The translations under genes were made by a program, and so were the position numbers. A stretch of DNA of 64,000 nt from Candidatus Levyibacteriota bacterium (GTDB lineage: Bacteria; Patescibacteriota; Microgenomatia; Levybacterales; UBA12049): assembly GCA_016199085.1 (NCBI GenBank), contig JACQHJ010000004.1:16926-80925 (forward strand), read 5' to 3'. The notes under the pieces were generated by a model. That model had not been told where the DNA came from and made no database searches. It saw only the letters and a list, made by a program, of their open reading frames with translations. Shown here piece after piece: positions 45,760 to 56,132 of the stretch (position 1 is its first letter; each line of letters opens with the position of its first letter).

Positions 45760-46626
45760 ATGCCAGAGCTTCCAGAAGTAGAAACAATCAGACTGGGTCT
45801 CTCCAAATATCTGGTAGGACATAAAATTTTAGATGTTGATGTAAAGCTTAAAAGGATCTTTACCGGAGATCCTAAAAGCATCATTGGCGCAAGGGTAGAA
45901 AGTATAGACAGGTTTGGAAAAGGCTTGGTAATAAATCTTGATAACGGGTACTCAATTGCCATTCATATAAAGCTTACAGGACAGATTATATACAATGATT
46001 TGACATTTATTCGAAATAGAAATATCCATCTATCAAAAGCTAAAGTAGGACAATTGCCCAATAAATTTACTCATGTAATTTTCACTTTAGATAAAGATGC
46101 TAAGCTTTATTACAATGATATCCGCCAGTTCGGCTGGATAAAAATAGTTAAAAAGGCTGATTTAAAAACTCTTCCCTTTTTCAAAGATTTGGGTCCTGAG
46201 CCGATTCCTTCATCTGGACAGCCTCCTTTAACTTTGGAACAGTTTGAAAATATTCTTTCCAAATCAAATCTTGCTGTAAAAGTATTAATTATGGATCAAA
46301 AAAGAATCGGAGGAGTAGGGAATATTTATGCAAACGATGCGTTATTTTTATCAAGTATTGATCCAAGACGAAAAGCCAAGGAAATAACGAAAATTGAGGC
46401 TAAAAAGCTCTTTGGAGCAATACTTACGGTATTGAAAAAGGGTTTAAAATATGGTGGCGCTTCAGAGCTTACTTTTGTAAATGCATTAGGAGAAGAAGGA
46501 GGATATCAAAATCACTTTCTGGCTTATGGTAAAAAAGGAGAAAAATGTAGCGTCTGTGGCGCTACCATGGAAAAGATTTTTTTAGGCGGTAGGGGTACAT
46601 TTTTTTGTCCAAAACACCAAAAGTGA
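45760..46626 (+). CDS. fpg: formamidopyrimidine-DNA glycosylase (Fpg/MutM)
   Basis: N-terminal MPELPEVE and C-terminal zinc finger CSVCG...FFCPKHQ. Confidence 0.85.
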   Translation: MPELPEVETIRLGLSKYLVGHKILDVDVKLKRIFTGDPKSIIGARVESIDRFGKGLVINLDNGYSIAIHIKLTGQIIYNDLTFIRNRNIHLSKAKVGQLPNKFTHVIFTLDKDAKLYYNDIRQFGWIKIVKKADLKTLPFFKDLGPEPIPSSGQPPLTLEQFENILSKSNLAVKVLIMDQKRIGGVGNIYANDALFLSSIDPRRKAKEITKIEAKKLFGAILTVLKKGLKYGGASELTFVNALGEEGGYQNHFLAYGKKGEKCSVCGATMEKIFLGGRGTFFCPKHQK

Positions 46627-46713
46627 ACTTCCAAGCTTTAAAATTAAACTAGAGCTTGACCTTTATTTCTATTTCCCGTAATATAAGTCACTAGCGTTTA
46701 AGCGCTTATTTTT

Positions 46714-47415
46714 ATGGCTTACAGCGATAAAATTGTCATGTCGATAGGTGGATCCCTCATTGTTCCGGAAGGGGGAATTGATACCAAGTTTCTTTCAGAA
46801 CTAAACCTCTTTATCAGAGATAATCTTTCGAAAAATAAAAAACGCCAGTTTTTTTTGGTCGCAGGCGGAGGAAAGCTGGCAAGAGATTACAGGGATGCGG
46901 GGGCCAAAGTTATTAAACACGAGCTGACAATCGATGATTTGGATTGGCTTGGAATTCATTCTACAAGGCTTAACGCGCATCTTTTAAGAACTATCTTTAG
47001 GGATATAGCACATCCTGTTATTTTGGAGAATTTCGAGACAATAAGAAAGCCCACAGAGCCTGTCGTCGTTGCGGCAGGATGGAAGCCTGGGCATTCAACG
47101 GATTTTGACGCGGTTTTAGTCTGTGAAGACTACGGAGTTAGAAGCATTATCAACTTAAGTAATGTTGAAACGGTTTTCGATAAAGATCCCAATAAATTTA
47201 AAGAAGCAAAACCAATTCATAAAATAAGTTGGACTGATTTTAGAAAAATTGTCGGAGACAAATGGACGCCGGGACTTAATGCACCATTTGATCCGATAGC
47301 TGCCAAAAAAGCGCATAAATTGGGAGTAAAAGTTGCAGTTCTACTGGGCCATAATTTAAAAAACGTAGAAAATTATATTTTAGGAAAAGACTTCATAGGG
47401 ACTGTGATAGAATAA
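46714..47415 (+). CDS. UMP kinase-like amino-acid-kinase-family protein (archaeal-type PyrH)
   Basis: Amino-acid-kinase fold motifs VAGGGKLAR and a C-terminal D.V..DP. pattern, with a short archaeal-type N-terminus. Confidence 0.6.
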   Translation: MAYSDKIVMSIGGSLIVPEGGIDTKFLSELNLFIRDNLSKNKKRQFFLVAGGGKLARDYRDAGAKVIKHELTIDDLDWLGIHSTRLNAHLLRTIFRDIAHPVILENFETIRKPTEPVVVAAGWKPGHSTDFDAVLVCEDYGVRSIINLSNVETVFDKDPNKFKEAKPIHKISWTDFRKIVGDKWTPGLNAPFDPIAAKKAHKLGVKVAVLLGHNLKNVENYILGKDFIGTVIE

Positions 47416-47432
47416 TCCTCAAGCAAGACATC

Positions 47433-48494
47433 ATGTTAAAATCAATTCATCTGCAAAATTTCAGAAGTTATAAAAAAGCTGATTTTAATTTCAGCGAAAA
47501 ATCCACTTTAATTGTAGGTCCAAATACGATAGGCAAAAGTAATCTTTTAGAAGCAATCTTTTTAATTTCTACCGGTAAAAGCTTTAGAACCGAAAAAGAT
47601 TTTCAAATGCTTGAACAGGGAAAAGAAGTGGGAAGAGTATCTGCAATGGTTGATGATTTAAAGCTTGAAGTAGTCATTACCAACGGAAATGTAGGAGGAG
47701 TAAAATCCCAGTATAAGAAATTTCTAGTAAACGGCGTTGCCAAAAGAAGAGTGGACTTTGCTGGAAACCTTCTGTCGGTTTTATTTTCTCCCTCAGACCT
47801 AGATATTATTGTCGATTCTCCGACTCTTAGAAGAAATTTTTTGGATAATGTTCTAGAACAGGTAGACAGGGAATACAGGGTAGCAAGTATTGCCTATGTT
47901 AAAGCCTTACGGCAAAGAAACGCTCTTTTGGAGCTTGCAAGAGAGACTGGAGCAAGAAACGAAAAGCAGCTTGAATATTGGGATAGCTTGGTTATAGAAA
48001 ATGGTCAAATTATAACTTCTAAAAGAAACCAGTTTATTGATTTTGTAAACAGTGCCAAAAAAGATATTTTTGAATTTATAATCCTTTATGACAAAAGCTT
48101 AATTTCGAAAGAAAGGCTTGACCAGTACAAAGTAGAGGAGAGGCTTTCGGGAGTTACTTTGGTCGGTCCTCATAGAGATGACTTTTCAATCCAGATGAAA
48201 GGAAAACATATAGCAAACGACGTTAAATACTTTGGTTCCCGTGGACAGCAAAGGCTTGCCATCTTGCAGTTAAAAGCCCTGGAAATTACCTTTATTGAGG
48301 AAAAAATGGGTAAACGTCCACTTCTTTTACTAGATGATATTTTTTCAGAACTGGATAGCGGACATATCAATCTGGTTTTAGAAAAAGCAGGTAAGCAGCA
48401 AACTATCATAACTACGACTCACAAAGAGTTTGTGGGAAAACTTTTTCTTAAACAGATGGAAGTGATAGAATTAGAAAATGGAAAAAAAGATTGA
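47433..48494 (+). CDS. recF: DNA replication and repair protein RecF
   Basis: LQNFRSYKKADFNFSEKSTLIVGPNTIGKSNLLEAI Walker A region and a C-terminal LLLDD.FSELD. Confidence 0.85.
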   Translation: MLKSIHLQNFRSYKKADFNFSEKSTLIVGPNTIGKSNLLEAIFLISTGKSFRTEKDFQMLEQGKEVGRVSAMVDDLKLEVVITNGNVGGVKSQYKKFLVNGVAKRRVDFAGNLLSVLFSPSDLDIIVDSPTLRRNFLDNVLEQVDREYRVASIAYVKALRQRNALLELARETGARNEKQLEYWDSLVIENGQIITSKRNQFIDFVNSAKKDIFEFIILYDKSLISKERLDQYKVEERLSGVTLVGPHRDDFSIQMKGKHIANDVKYFGSRGQQRLAILQLKALEITFIEEKMGKRPLLLLDDIFSELDSGHINLVLEKAGKQQTIITTTHKEFVGKLFLKQMEVIELENGKKD

Positions 48495-49191
48495 ATTTAT
48501 TGTAGATAATACAATTCTTCGAGGCTCGCTTTTTATTCCACAAGGAAACGGACCGTTTCCAGCGGTTATTCTGTTTCATGGAAATGGAGGAAGAGGAGCT
48601 AGTACTTTTGAAGCAGCATCAAAGTTTTTCGAAATTGGAGCAATGTCTTTTGTTTTTAATTTTAGGGGATGTGGGGTAAGCGACGGGGACTATTCAATTC
48701 AAACTCATCAAGATGCCTTAAATGATGCATCTGCTGCATTTGATTTCTTACTTTCTCAAAACATTGATAAAGAAAGAATTGGAGTTGTTGGTGGAAGTTT
48801 TGGAGGATATCTTTCTTGCATGCTTCTTCCAAAATTTAATATTAAGTCTCTTGTTTTAAGATCTCCTTCTGCTTGTAGGCATGGTCCTAAAGACAAGCTC
48901 GACATGGGAGGATTACAGCATGAGGTTGACTACTTTAAAAATAAGGGAAACTGGATTAATTCCCAAAGTTATGTTAATATCTCAAGTTTTAAGGGCTCAG
49001 TTTTAATTGTTAAGGCAGAAAATGATGAAAACGTGCCTGCGCATGTAGTAGATTTATATTTTGATAAAGCTACTAATTCAAAAGATCGAGAAAGAAAAAC
49101 TATTAAAAACTCAGATCATAGAATGTCTGAGCAAAAGTGGAGAGATGAATTTTTCGATATGATGCTTGGTTGGTTTTCAAAAACACTATGA
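48478..49191 (+). CDS. alpha/beta hydrolase (dienelactone hydrolase / S9-like)
   Basis: Nucleophile elbow GGSFGG and catalytic D/H downstream (NSDHRM). Confidence 0.65.
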   Translation: MEKKIEFIVDNTILRGSLFIPQGNGPFPAVILFHGNGGRGASTFEAASKFFEIGAMSFVFNFRGCGVSDGDYSIQTHQDALNDASAAFDFLLSQNIDKERIGVVGGSFGGYLSCMLLPKFNIKSLVLRSPSACRHGPKDKLDMGGLQHEVDYFKNKGNWINSQSYVNISSFKGSVLIVKAENDENVPAHVVDLYFDKATNSKDRERKTIKNSDHRMSEQKWRDEFFDMMLGWFSKTL

Positions 49192-50066
49192 AAATAATAA
49201 TTTTAGGTCATGGAAAATGGGGACAGGCGATGGGTTCGCTTCTTTCTAAGAATAAGAAAGACTGGTCGTATTGGCAACGAGATACTGAAATAGAGGGTGA
49301 TTCAATTTTAGTTAACTGTCTTCCTACCCAGGTTATAAGAGATGTTTTTCAAAAGTACGGCAAAAATTTAAAAAACTCAATTATTGTAAACGGCGCCAAG
49401 GGAATAGAAAGTAAAACACATAAACTTCCCTATGAAATAATAAGAGATGTTTTAGGAGAAGAGGTAGATTATTTCACCCTCATCGGTCCTGGTTTTTCCC
49501 AGGAAATCATAAATCAAATGCCAACTCTTGTAAATATCGGATACTTCAAGGTCAAAAACTCAGAACTAGTCAAAGACCTTTTCCAAACAGATTATTTCAG
49601 AGTCAGACTTGTTAATCAGATTGAGGCCTTGGAATTATCAGGCGCATTTAAAAACATTTATGCCATAGCCTGTGGAATAGCCGACGGTTTGGGATTTGAA
49701 TCAAACACAAAAACAAAACTAATCATAGTTGCCATAGAAGAATTGTACAGGATATCAAAAAGTCTAAGTCTTGTCATAAATGAAGATATGATTGCCGGTA
49801 CTGTTGGAGATTTAATATTAACTTGCAGTAGTGAGCAAAGCAGAAACTTTAGTTTTGGAAGACTCTTGGCAAAAGAAAAAGTACAACAGGCTCTATCAAT
49901 CGTCGGAGAAACAACAGAGGGGTATCACACTATTGAATCGCTTCCTTTTTATGAACAAAAGGCAAAAGTAAACCTAAGTCTTGCTCATTTTGTGTACGAT
50001 GCCATAAAAAAAGACGATCCTACAAATATAAAAGAGCTTTTTACTTCCTTTGTTGAAAACGTCTAA
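49188..50066 (+). CDS. gpsA: NAD(P)H-dependent glycerol-3-phosphate dehydrogenase-like
   Basis: N-terminal MKIIILGHGKWG Rossmann and GpsA-like central region (GAFKNIYAIACGI..G). The ATG at 49188 is preferred. Confidence 0.7.
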   Translation: MKIIILGHGKWGQAMGSLLSKNKKDWSYWQRDTEIEGDSILVNCLPTQVIRDVFQKYGKNLKNSIIVNGAKGIESKTHKLPYEIIRDVLGEEVDYFTLIGPGFSQEIINQMPTLVNIGYFKVKNSELVKDLFQTDYFRVRLVNQIEALELSGAFKNIYAIACGIADGLGFESNTKTKLIIVAIEELYRISKSLSLVINEDMIAGTVGDLILTCSSEQSRNFSFGRLLAKEKVQQALSIVGETTEGYHTIESLPFYEQKAKVNLSLAHFVYDAIKKDDPTNIKELFTSFVENV

Positions 50067-50338
50067 TTATTAACCTTCTCGGAAATCTTGGATAATTGGT
50101 AGGTGATAAAAACAGCAAGCACTGTTACGACAAGTGCATAGATTAATAAAGAAATAATTCCACCAAGGTCAGGCAAGAATTTTTTAACATAAGTTGCTAC
50201 AAATTCCTGGATTAAATTATTCCAGGCAAGAGCTGCTACCAGGCCAAAACCAGAAGTTGCAAGCGTCAGCATTTGTTTTACAAGCTCCCTGTGGAGTGCT
50301 TTTTTAGGTTTATCAATTCTTCGGGAATTCTTCGGCAT
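50063..50338 (-). CDS. small membrane protein of unknown function (91 aa)
   Basis: ATG start and two TM helices. It is divergent from the second fic gene. Confidence 0.45.
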   Translation of the reverse strand: MPKNSRRIDKPKKALHRELVKQMLTLATSGFGLVAALAWNNLIQEFVATYVKKFLPDLGGIISLLIYALVVTVLAVFITYQLSKISEKVNN

Positions 50339-50365
50339 ATAATGCTATAATTATACCAAATCTTT

Positions 50366-51409
50366 ATGTACAAACCAAAATACTCAATAACAAACAAAAT
50401 CCTCAAAAATATCGGCAGCATTGAAGCCTCAAAAGAAGTAATAGATCATGCACCTTTACTTCCATATTTTGAAAGAGAATTTAGAGAAGAAGCAGCCTTA
50501 AGATCAGTTCATTTTGGAACCCATATAGAGGGAAACGAATTAAATCTTTCCCAGGCTGAAAAGGTTCTTCTAGGACAAGATATTGCGGCAAGAGACAGGG
50601 ATATTCAGGAGGTAATTAACTACAGAAAGGTCCTTGATTACACATCAAGTATCCCACAAGATGCAAAAATTAATGAAGAGATTATTAAAAAAATTCATTC
50701 AATTACCGTTGATAAGATATTAGACTCTTCCCAGCAGGGGACTTACAGAAAAACCCAAGTTGTTGTTAAAAATAGCCATACGGGTGAAGTTAGTTTCAGG
50801 CCGCCAATGGCAGTAGCCGTTCCTTTCCAAATAAAAGAACTTTTAGACTTTATAGAAAGCTCGCAAGAGCAAGATGTTCATCCTGTTTTGGAGAGTGGAA
50901 TTGTTCATTTTGAATTCGTTAGAATCCATCCTTTCCTGGACGGAAACGGAAGAGTAGCAAGGGCTTTTGCAACTTTAATTTTATATCTTAAAGGATATGA
51001 TATTAGAAAGTTTTTCTCTTTAGAAGAATATTTTGATAAAGACGCATCTGAGTATTATGATGCGTTGCAAAGCGTAGATAAAAATGATGGCGATCTAACC
51101 AAATGGCTTGAATATTTTACTTTCGGCTTATCAGTTGAGCTTTCAAAGATTAGAGAAAAGGTAGAAAGCATTTCAATTGATGCAAGACTAAAAGAAAAAC
51201 TTGGAGGAAAACCAATCTTACTAACGCCTAGGCAATTAAAGATTATTGAATATATTCAAAAAATCGGTTATCTTCAAAATCAGGCATTTGAGAGTCTTTT
51301 TCCGATGATTTCGGAAGATACGATTCTAAATGAATTAAAGGGTCTTTTAAAAGAGGGAATTGTTAAAAAACACGGTGTAACCAAGGGTGCAAAATATATA
51401 ATGACTTAA
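50366..51409 (+). CDS. Fic/Doc family protein (second paralog)
   Basis: Fic motif HPFLDGNGRVARAF and a C-terminal wHTH-like tail. Confidence 0.85.
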   Translation: MYKPKYSITNKILKNIGSIEASKEVIDHAPLLPYFEREFREEAALRSVHFGTHIEGNELNLSQAEKVLLGQDIAARDRDIQEVINYRKVLDYTSSIPQDAKINEEIIKKIHSITVDKILDSSQQGTYRKTQVVVKNSHTGEVSFRPPMAVAVPFQIKELLDFIESSQEQDVHPVLESGIVHFEFVRIHPFLDGNGRVARAFATLILYLKGYDIRKFFSLEEYFDKDASEYYDALQSVDKNDGDLTKWLEYFTFGLSVELSKIREKVESISIDARLKEKLGGKPILLTPRQLKIIEYIQKIGYLQNQAFESLFPMISEDTILNELKGLLKEGIVKKHGVTKGAKYIMT

Positions 51410-51410
51410 T

Positions 51411-53135
51411 ATGAAATTTAGTCAACTAACAGAGTATTTTGAAAAACTTGAGAAAACCTCTTCAAGGCTTTCTTTAATTGAAATCCTGTCCGAACTTTTT
51501 AAAAAAACACCCACTCAAGAAATTGATAAAATCTCATATCTAATTCAGGGAAGGCTAGCTCCCTTCTTTATTCCCTTAGAGATTGGAATGGCGGAGAAAA
51601 ATGTAGCTAAAGCCATAGCCCAGGCTTTCGGGGTAACGCCGGAGGAAGTTACGATAGAATATAACAAGCTTGGTGATATGGGACTTGCCGCAAGTCAATT
51701 TGCCAAAAAGTCAAAAGACGGAAATGTTTCGGTTTTGGAAGTTCACAAAACGCTGACTGAAATTGCAAATACTAAGGGAGAGGGAACGGTTGAGAAAAGA
51801 CAAAAACTTTTGGCAGACCTTCTTTCAAAAATGGAGGTAATTTCGGCAAAGCATTTGGTCAGAATTCCTCTTGGAAATGTGCGCTTAGGCATCGGAGATC
51901 CAACGGTTTTAGACGCTCTTGCTACTGCAAAATTGGGAGACAAATCAAAAAGAAAACTTTTGGAAGGAGCGTATAACAAGACTTCAGATTTAGGTTTAAT
52001 TGCAAAGACGCTTTGGGAGAAAGGATTAGCCGGAGTTGAAAAGCTTGATGTTAGAGTTGGATCACCCATAAGGTCGGAGCTTTGTGAAAGGTTGCCAAGT
52101 CCCCAAAAAGTAATTGAGAAAATGGGAGAGGTTGATGCCCAAATGAAATTCGATGGAATACGTGTACAGCTGCACAAGAATGGAAATGAGGTCAGGGTGT
52201 TTTCTAGAAATCTTGAAGAAATGACTCATATGTTTCCTGAGCTTATTTCGGCAACTGTGGCCCAAGTCAAGGCAAAAACAGTCATCTTAGACGGAGAAGC
52301 GTTGGCTTATAACCCCGATTCAGAAGAGTTTTTACCTTTCCAGGAAACGACCAAAAGAAGAAGAAAACATGGTATTGAAGAAATGGCCGCAAAACTTCCT
52401 TTAAAGGCATTTATCTTTGATATTTTATATAAAGACGGGCAGTCTCTAATAGATAAGCCACTATCCCAGCGAATGGAAATTCTTTCCAATACTATCGTTG
52501 AAGACGGAGTTTTAATTAAAAGTAAAAACCAGGTTATTAAAGACGCAAAACCTTTGTCGATAATGCTTGAAGACGCAATTTCCAAGGGCCTTGAAGGAGT
52601 TGTAATTAAAAAACTGGAGAGTCCTTATGAGGCTGGAGCAAGGAACTTCAACTGGGTAAAGCTTAAAAGACACTCATCCGGAGAACTAAGCGACACAGTT
52701 GACTGCGTAATCTTAGGTTATGTTACTGGAAAAGGAAAAAGGATTGCATTCGGAGCAGGAGCTTTACTTGTTGGTTTGTACGACAAAACTAAGGATGAAT
52801 TTGTAACTGTTTCAAAAATTGGAACCGGTCTTACTGATGAGGAGTGGAGAGAGGTTCATAAAAGAGCTGATAGGATAAGAGTGGAAAGTAAGCCAGCAAG
52901 GGTAAACTCCTTAATTACCCCTTCTGTTTGGATAAAGCCTGAAATAGTAATTGAAGTTTTAGCAGATGAAATAACAAGAAGCCCAATTCACACTGCCGGA
53001 AAAACAGATTCAGAACCAGGTTTTGCTCTAAGATTTCCAAGACTAGTTTCTTTTAGAGGATTGGATAAAAGGGCAGAGGATGCAACTAGCGTTGATGAGC
53101 TAATTGAAATGTTTAAACAGCAAGGAAAGAAGTAG
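51411..53135 (+). CDS. ATP-dependent DNA ligase (archaeal/eukaryotic LigI-like)
   Basis: Adenylation motif I KFDGIR (KxDG), motifs III-V, and an OB domain; 574 aa. Confidence 0.85.
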   Translation: MKFSQLTEYFEKLEKTSSRLSLIEILSELFKKTPTQEIDKISYLIQGRLAPFFIPLEIGMAEKNVAKAIAQAFGVTPEEVTIEYNKLGDMGLAASQFAKKSKDGNVSVLEVHKTLTEIANTKGEGTVEKRQKLLADLLSKMEVISAKHLVRIPLGNVRLGIGDPTVLDALATAKLGDKSKRKLLEGAYNKTSDLGLIAKTLWEKGLAGVEKLDVRVGSPIRSELCERLPSPQKVIEKMGEVDAQMKFDGIRVQLHKNGNEVRVFSRNLEEMTHMFPELISATVAQVKAKTVILDGEALAYNPDSEEFLPFQETTKRRRKHGIEEMAAKLPLKAFIFDILYKDGQSLIDKPLSQRMEILSNTIVEDGVLIKSKNQVIKDAKPLSIMLEDAISKGLEGVVIKKLESPYEAGARNFNWVKLKRHSSGELSDTVDCVILGYVTGKGKRIAFGAGALLVGLYDKTKDEFVTVSKIGTGLTDEEWREVHKRADRIRVESKPARVNSLITPSVWIKPEIVIEVLADEITRSPIHTAGKTDSEPGFALRFPRLVSFRGLDKRAEDATSVDELIEMFKQQGKK

Positions 53136-53136
53136 T

Positions 53137-53430
53137 TTAACGACGAGCTCCTGCGATAAAAACAGTAGCCGCAGCGGCCAAAACGCGTTTCAGGGTGCCA
53201 ACAGGTTTTCTTCGTTCTGTTGCTCTTTGAGATTGTAGCGCAATTGCGCGTGCATTATGAGCATCAATTGCGGCGCGGCCGACATTATCAAAACTCCAAT
53301 GATAATCATCAAGCTGTGTCATTTTACTTATCTCAGCAGGTGGCCTTATACCATGACTTAGCCAAGCTAGATCAATTCTTACGAGATCCTCTTCTGTATA
53401 AATCCTAGCCTCAGAATTCCTACCAAACAT
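53137..53430 (-). CDS. hypothetical protein (97 aa), GC-elevated
   Basis: ATG start, C-terminal hydrophobic AAAATVFIAGA, and locally elevated GC. It is convergent with the ligase, 1 nt apart. Confidence 0.3.
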   Translation of the reverse strand: MFGRNSEARIYTEEDLVRIDLAWLSHGIRPPAEISKMTQLDDYHWSFDNVGRAAIDAHNARAIALQSQRATERRKPVGTLKRVLAAAATVFIAGARR

Positions 53431-53501
53431 TAATGAAATAAATACCGCCTAAATAAATTTTTCCACGAATGAGTTTTTCTGTCAAGAGCTTTTTTGGGAA
53501 T

Positions 53502-54188
53502 TTAAAGTAATGCGGAGACTTTTTCCAGCTGTTTTTTCCTTAAGATAAGTTTTGGATTTGCATCAATTAGTTCTTTTGCTCTTTGTAAAGCCTCTTTTGC
53601 TTTTTGAGGATCATCTGCTCTTAACATTTCGGCAATCTCAATGTAGCCGCCAGATAGCCAAACGTCTTTTTCATATTGGTCTTCCTCTGCTGCCGCAAGG
53701 TCCAAAAGCGCTTTCTCGGCTCTTTCTAAAGCTGATTTATCACCGTTTTTATATTCGCAAACGCTTAAGTGAAGAGTCATATCTAAAACTACGGATGGCC
53801 TGTTGTGGTGAGGCGGAGGATTTTGCATTAAATTTGCAATTGCTTCTTTTATGTTTTCAATTGCATCTGTGTATTCTCCAAGAGTTTGTTGGGTTTTCCC
53901 AAGGTTAAAAAGAGGAATTGCCAGAGCCTTTGGATCGTCTCCTTTTTGCGCTATCTCAACGCTAGCCTTAGCAATATGTTTTGCCAAAATAATGTATTTT
54001 TGATCTGCTGTTTGTTCGTAAAGGTGTCTTAATGTTAATACTTTTGAGGAAAGTACTTCTGCAAATCCGGCAACATTTCCTTCTTTTTGATATTCAACCA
54101 AAGCTTGGTCGCAAAGCGTTAGGGCCTTTGTAAAATCCTCACTCTCTCTGGCTTCTTCTGCTTTCTTATGAAGACTTAAGGCGTTCAT
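53502..54188 (-). CDS. TPR-repeat protein
   Basis: Several 34-residue helical repeats with the W/LG/Y/A/F/A/P pattern. The listed 54206 start is a TTG, so the ATG at 54188 is preferred. Confidence 0.6.
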   Translation of the reverse strand: MNALSLHKKAEEARESEDFTKALTLCDQALVEYQKEGNVAGFAEVLSSKVLTLRHLYEQTADQKYIILAKHIAKASVEIAQKGDDPKALAIPLFNLGKTQQTLGEYTDAIENIKEAIANLMQNPPPHHNRPSVVLDMTLHLSVCEYKNGDKSALERAEKALLDLAAAEEDQYEKDVWLSGGYIEIAEMLRADDPQKAKEALQRAKELIDANPKLILRKKQLEKVSALL

Positions 54189-54237
54189 GCAAAAATTATA
54201 CCACAAAAAGAAAGTTTGTTTATGTTAAAATGAAGCC

Positions 54238-55575
54238 ATGGAATTTGTTTCCGACCTCCATCTTCACTCCAAATATTCAAGGGCTGTATCGAAAGACATG
54301 AATCTTCCAACTATGGCTTTCTGGGCTACCAAGAAGGGTTTAAACCTTCTTTCAACAGGAGACTGGACTCATCCTATGTGGATTAGAGAAATAAAGCAAA
54401 ACCTGGAGGAGACGGAACAGGGTCTGTTTAGATTAAAGACAGATAAAAATTCTTTAATGCGTTTTATACTTTCCGTTGAAGTCTCAAGTATCTACACTCA
54501 GGGAGGACAAGTCAGAAGGATACACAATTTAATCTTCTCTCCCTCCATTGAAACCTCTGAGAAAATTAATCAAGAGCTTATTAAAAGAGGGTGTAATCTT
54601 GGTTCTGACGGAAGACCGATTATTGGGCTTTCTTCAATTAATCTTTGTGAACTTGTTTTTTCAATAGACAAAGATGCCATGGTTATTCCGTGTCACATTT
54701 GGACCCCTTGGTTTTCCATGTTTGGTTCAAAATCAGGCTTTGACAGCGTTGAAGAGTGTTTCGGGGAATTTGCTAGAGAAATTTATGGAATTGAGACGGG
54801 TCTTTCCTCAGATCCGTATATGAACTGGCAGATAGGAAATTTAAAAAACAGATCTATCCTTTCTTTTTCGGACGCCCATTCTCCTGCCAAAATGGGAAGA
54901 GAAGCAACGGTTTTTATGACCAAAGACGAAAAGACAAAGACCATTACATATAAAGACATATCTGATGCGATTAAAAAAGATCCCAAAGCCAAATTTAAGA
55001 TTGGCTATACGATCGAATTTTACCCGGAAGAGGGAAAATACCACTATACGGGGCACCGAAACTGCAACTATGTCCAGGTCCCAGATCTTACAAGAAAAGA
55101 GGGAATAATCTGTCCTGTTTGTAAAAGACCTTTGACCGTTGGTGTCATGCATAGGGTTGAGGACTTGGCAAAAGACGGGTTTGAAAAGGAGGTTTCAAGA
55201 AAAAATCAAACTGGAGTTAAGTGGATTTTGGATCCAGGCAAAATTCACCCTCCGTTTGTAAAATTGGTTCCTTTAAATGAGATTATTGCCGAAAGTCTTA
55301 AATCTAGTGTTTCCTCACAGAAAGTCAAAGACCTGTTTGATAAACTTTGTCTGACATTCGGATCGGAAATAAAAATCCTACTTAAAACTTCCTTAGAAGA
55401 TATAAAAAAAGAAGCAGGCGAAAGGGTAGCAGAGGGTGTTGGAAAAGTAAGAAGAGGAGATATTGTCATTGAACCGGGATATGACGGCGTCTATGGAGTA
55501 GTTAAAATTTGGAATGACGAGCCGCAAAAAAATGAGCAAATTAATATAAGCTCACAGATTGGCATTGACTTTTAA
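54238..55575 (+). CDS. PHP-domain nuclease, endonuclease Q (EndoQ)-like
   Basis: N-terminal PHP signature FVSDLHLHSKYS, internal His/Asp metal ligands, and a Zn-finger H..C-x18-CPVC. The length and layout match archaeal/bacterial EndoQ. Confidence 0.55.
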   Translation: MEFVSDLHLHSKYSRAVSKDMNLPTMAFWATKKGLNLLSTGDWTHPMWIREIKQNLEETEQGLFRLKTDKNSLMRFILSVEVSSIYTQGGQVRRIHNLIFSPSIETSEKINQELIKRGCNLGSDGRPIIGLSSINLCELVFSIDKDAMVIPCHIWTPWFSMFGSKSGFDSVEECFGEFAREIYGIETGLSSDPYMNWQIGNLKNRSILSFSDAHSPAKMGREATVFMTKDEKTKTITYKDISDAIKKDPKAKFKIGYTIEFYPEEGKYHYTGHRNCNYVQVPDLTRKEGIICPVCKRPLTVGVMHRVEDLAKDGFEKEVSRKNQTGVKWILDPGKIHPPFVKLVPLNEIIAESLKSSVSSQKVKDLFDKLCLTFGSEIKILLKTSLEDIKKEAGERVAEGVGKVRRGDIVIEPGYDGVYGVVKIWNDEPQKNEQINISSQIGIDF

Positions 55576-55626
55576 ATAGCCTTACGATAATGTTGAATTA
55601 GACTAAAACGAAAGGGGGTGAAATAG

Positions 55627-56076
55627 ATGGACGCAATGACAAAACAATGGACAAAAGCTCTCGATGACTCCTATGCCAAACTTCCGGCTTTGCCCAAAGG
55701 AGCAACAGATTTTATAGTTAATATCGCTCCATGGCTTTCTTTAATCTTTGGAGTACTTTCAATTTTGGTAGGCGTTTCTGCATTTGGCTTTCTGGCGGTT
55801 TTATCGCCTTTCGCAGCAGTCTCAGGAGCAGGTGCTTATGCTATAACAGGTCTTCTCTCAAGCGTAGTTTTATTAGTAGAGGGCGTGATCATGGTTGTCG
55901 CTTTCCCAAGCCTTAAAAATAGAGCAGTAAAAGGTTGGAATCTGCTTTTCTGGAGTTTAGTATTAAGTGTTGTAAGCTCGGTTCTTTCCTTAAATGTTTA
56001 TGGAGTAGTGCAATCAGTGGTTGGAGCTTTAATAGGATATTATTTCTTGTATCAAATGAAATCCTATTATAAATAA
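55627..56076 (+). CDS. membrane protein of unknown function (4 TM)
   Basis: Strong SD (AAAGGGGGTGAAATAGATG) and four TM helices. Confidence 0.5.
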   Translation: MDAMTKQWTKALDDSYAKLPALPKGATDFIVNIAPWLSLIFGVLSILVGVSAFGFLAVLSPFAAVSGAGAYAITGLLSSVVLLVEGVIMVVAFPSLKNRAVKGWNLLFWSLVLSVVSSVLSLNVYGVVQSVVGALIGYYFLYQMKSYYK

Positions 56077-56132
56077 GACCTTAACCTTTAAGCCTTAGGT
56101 AAACCTTTACTTATTGGTTTATAATAGTGGCG

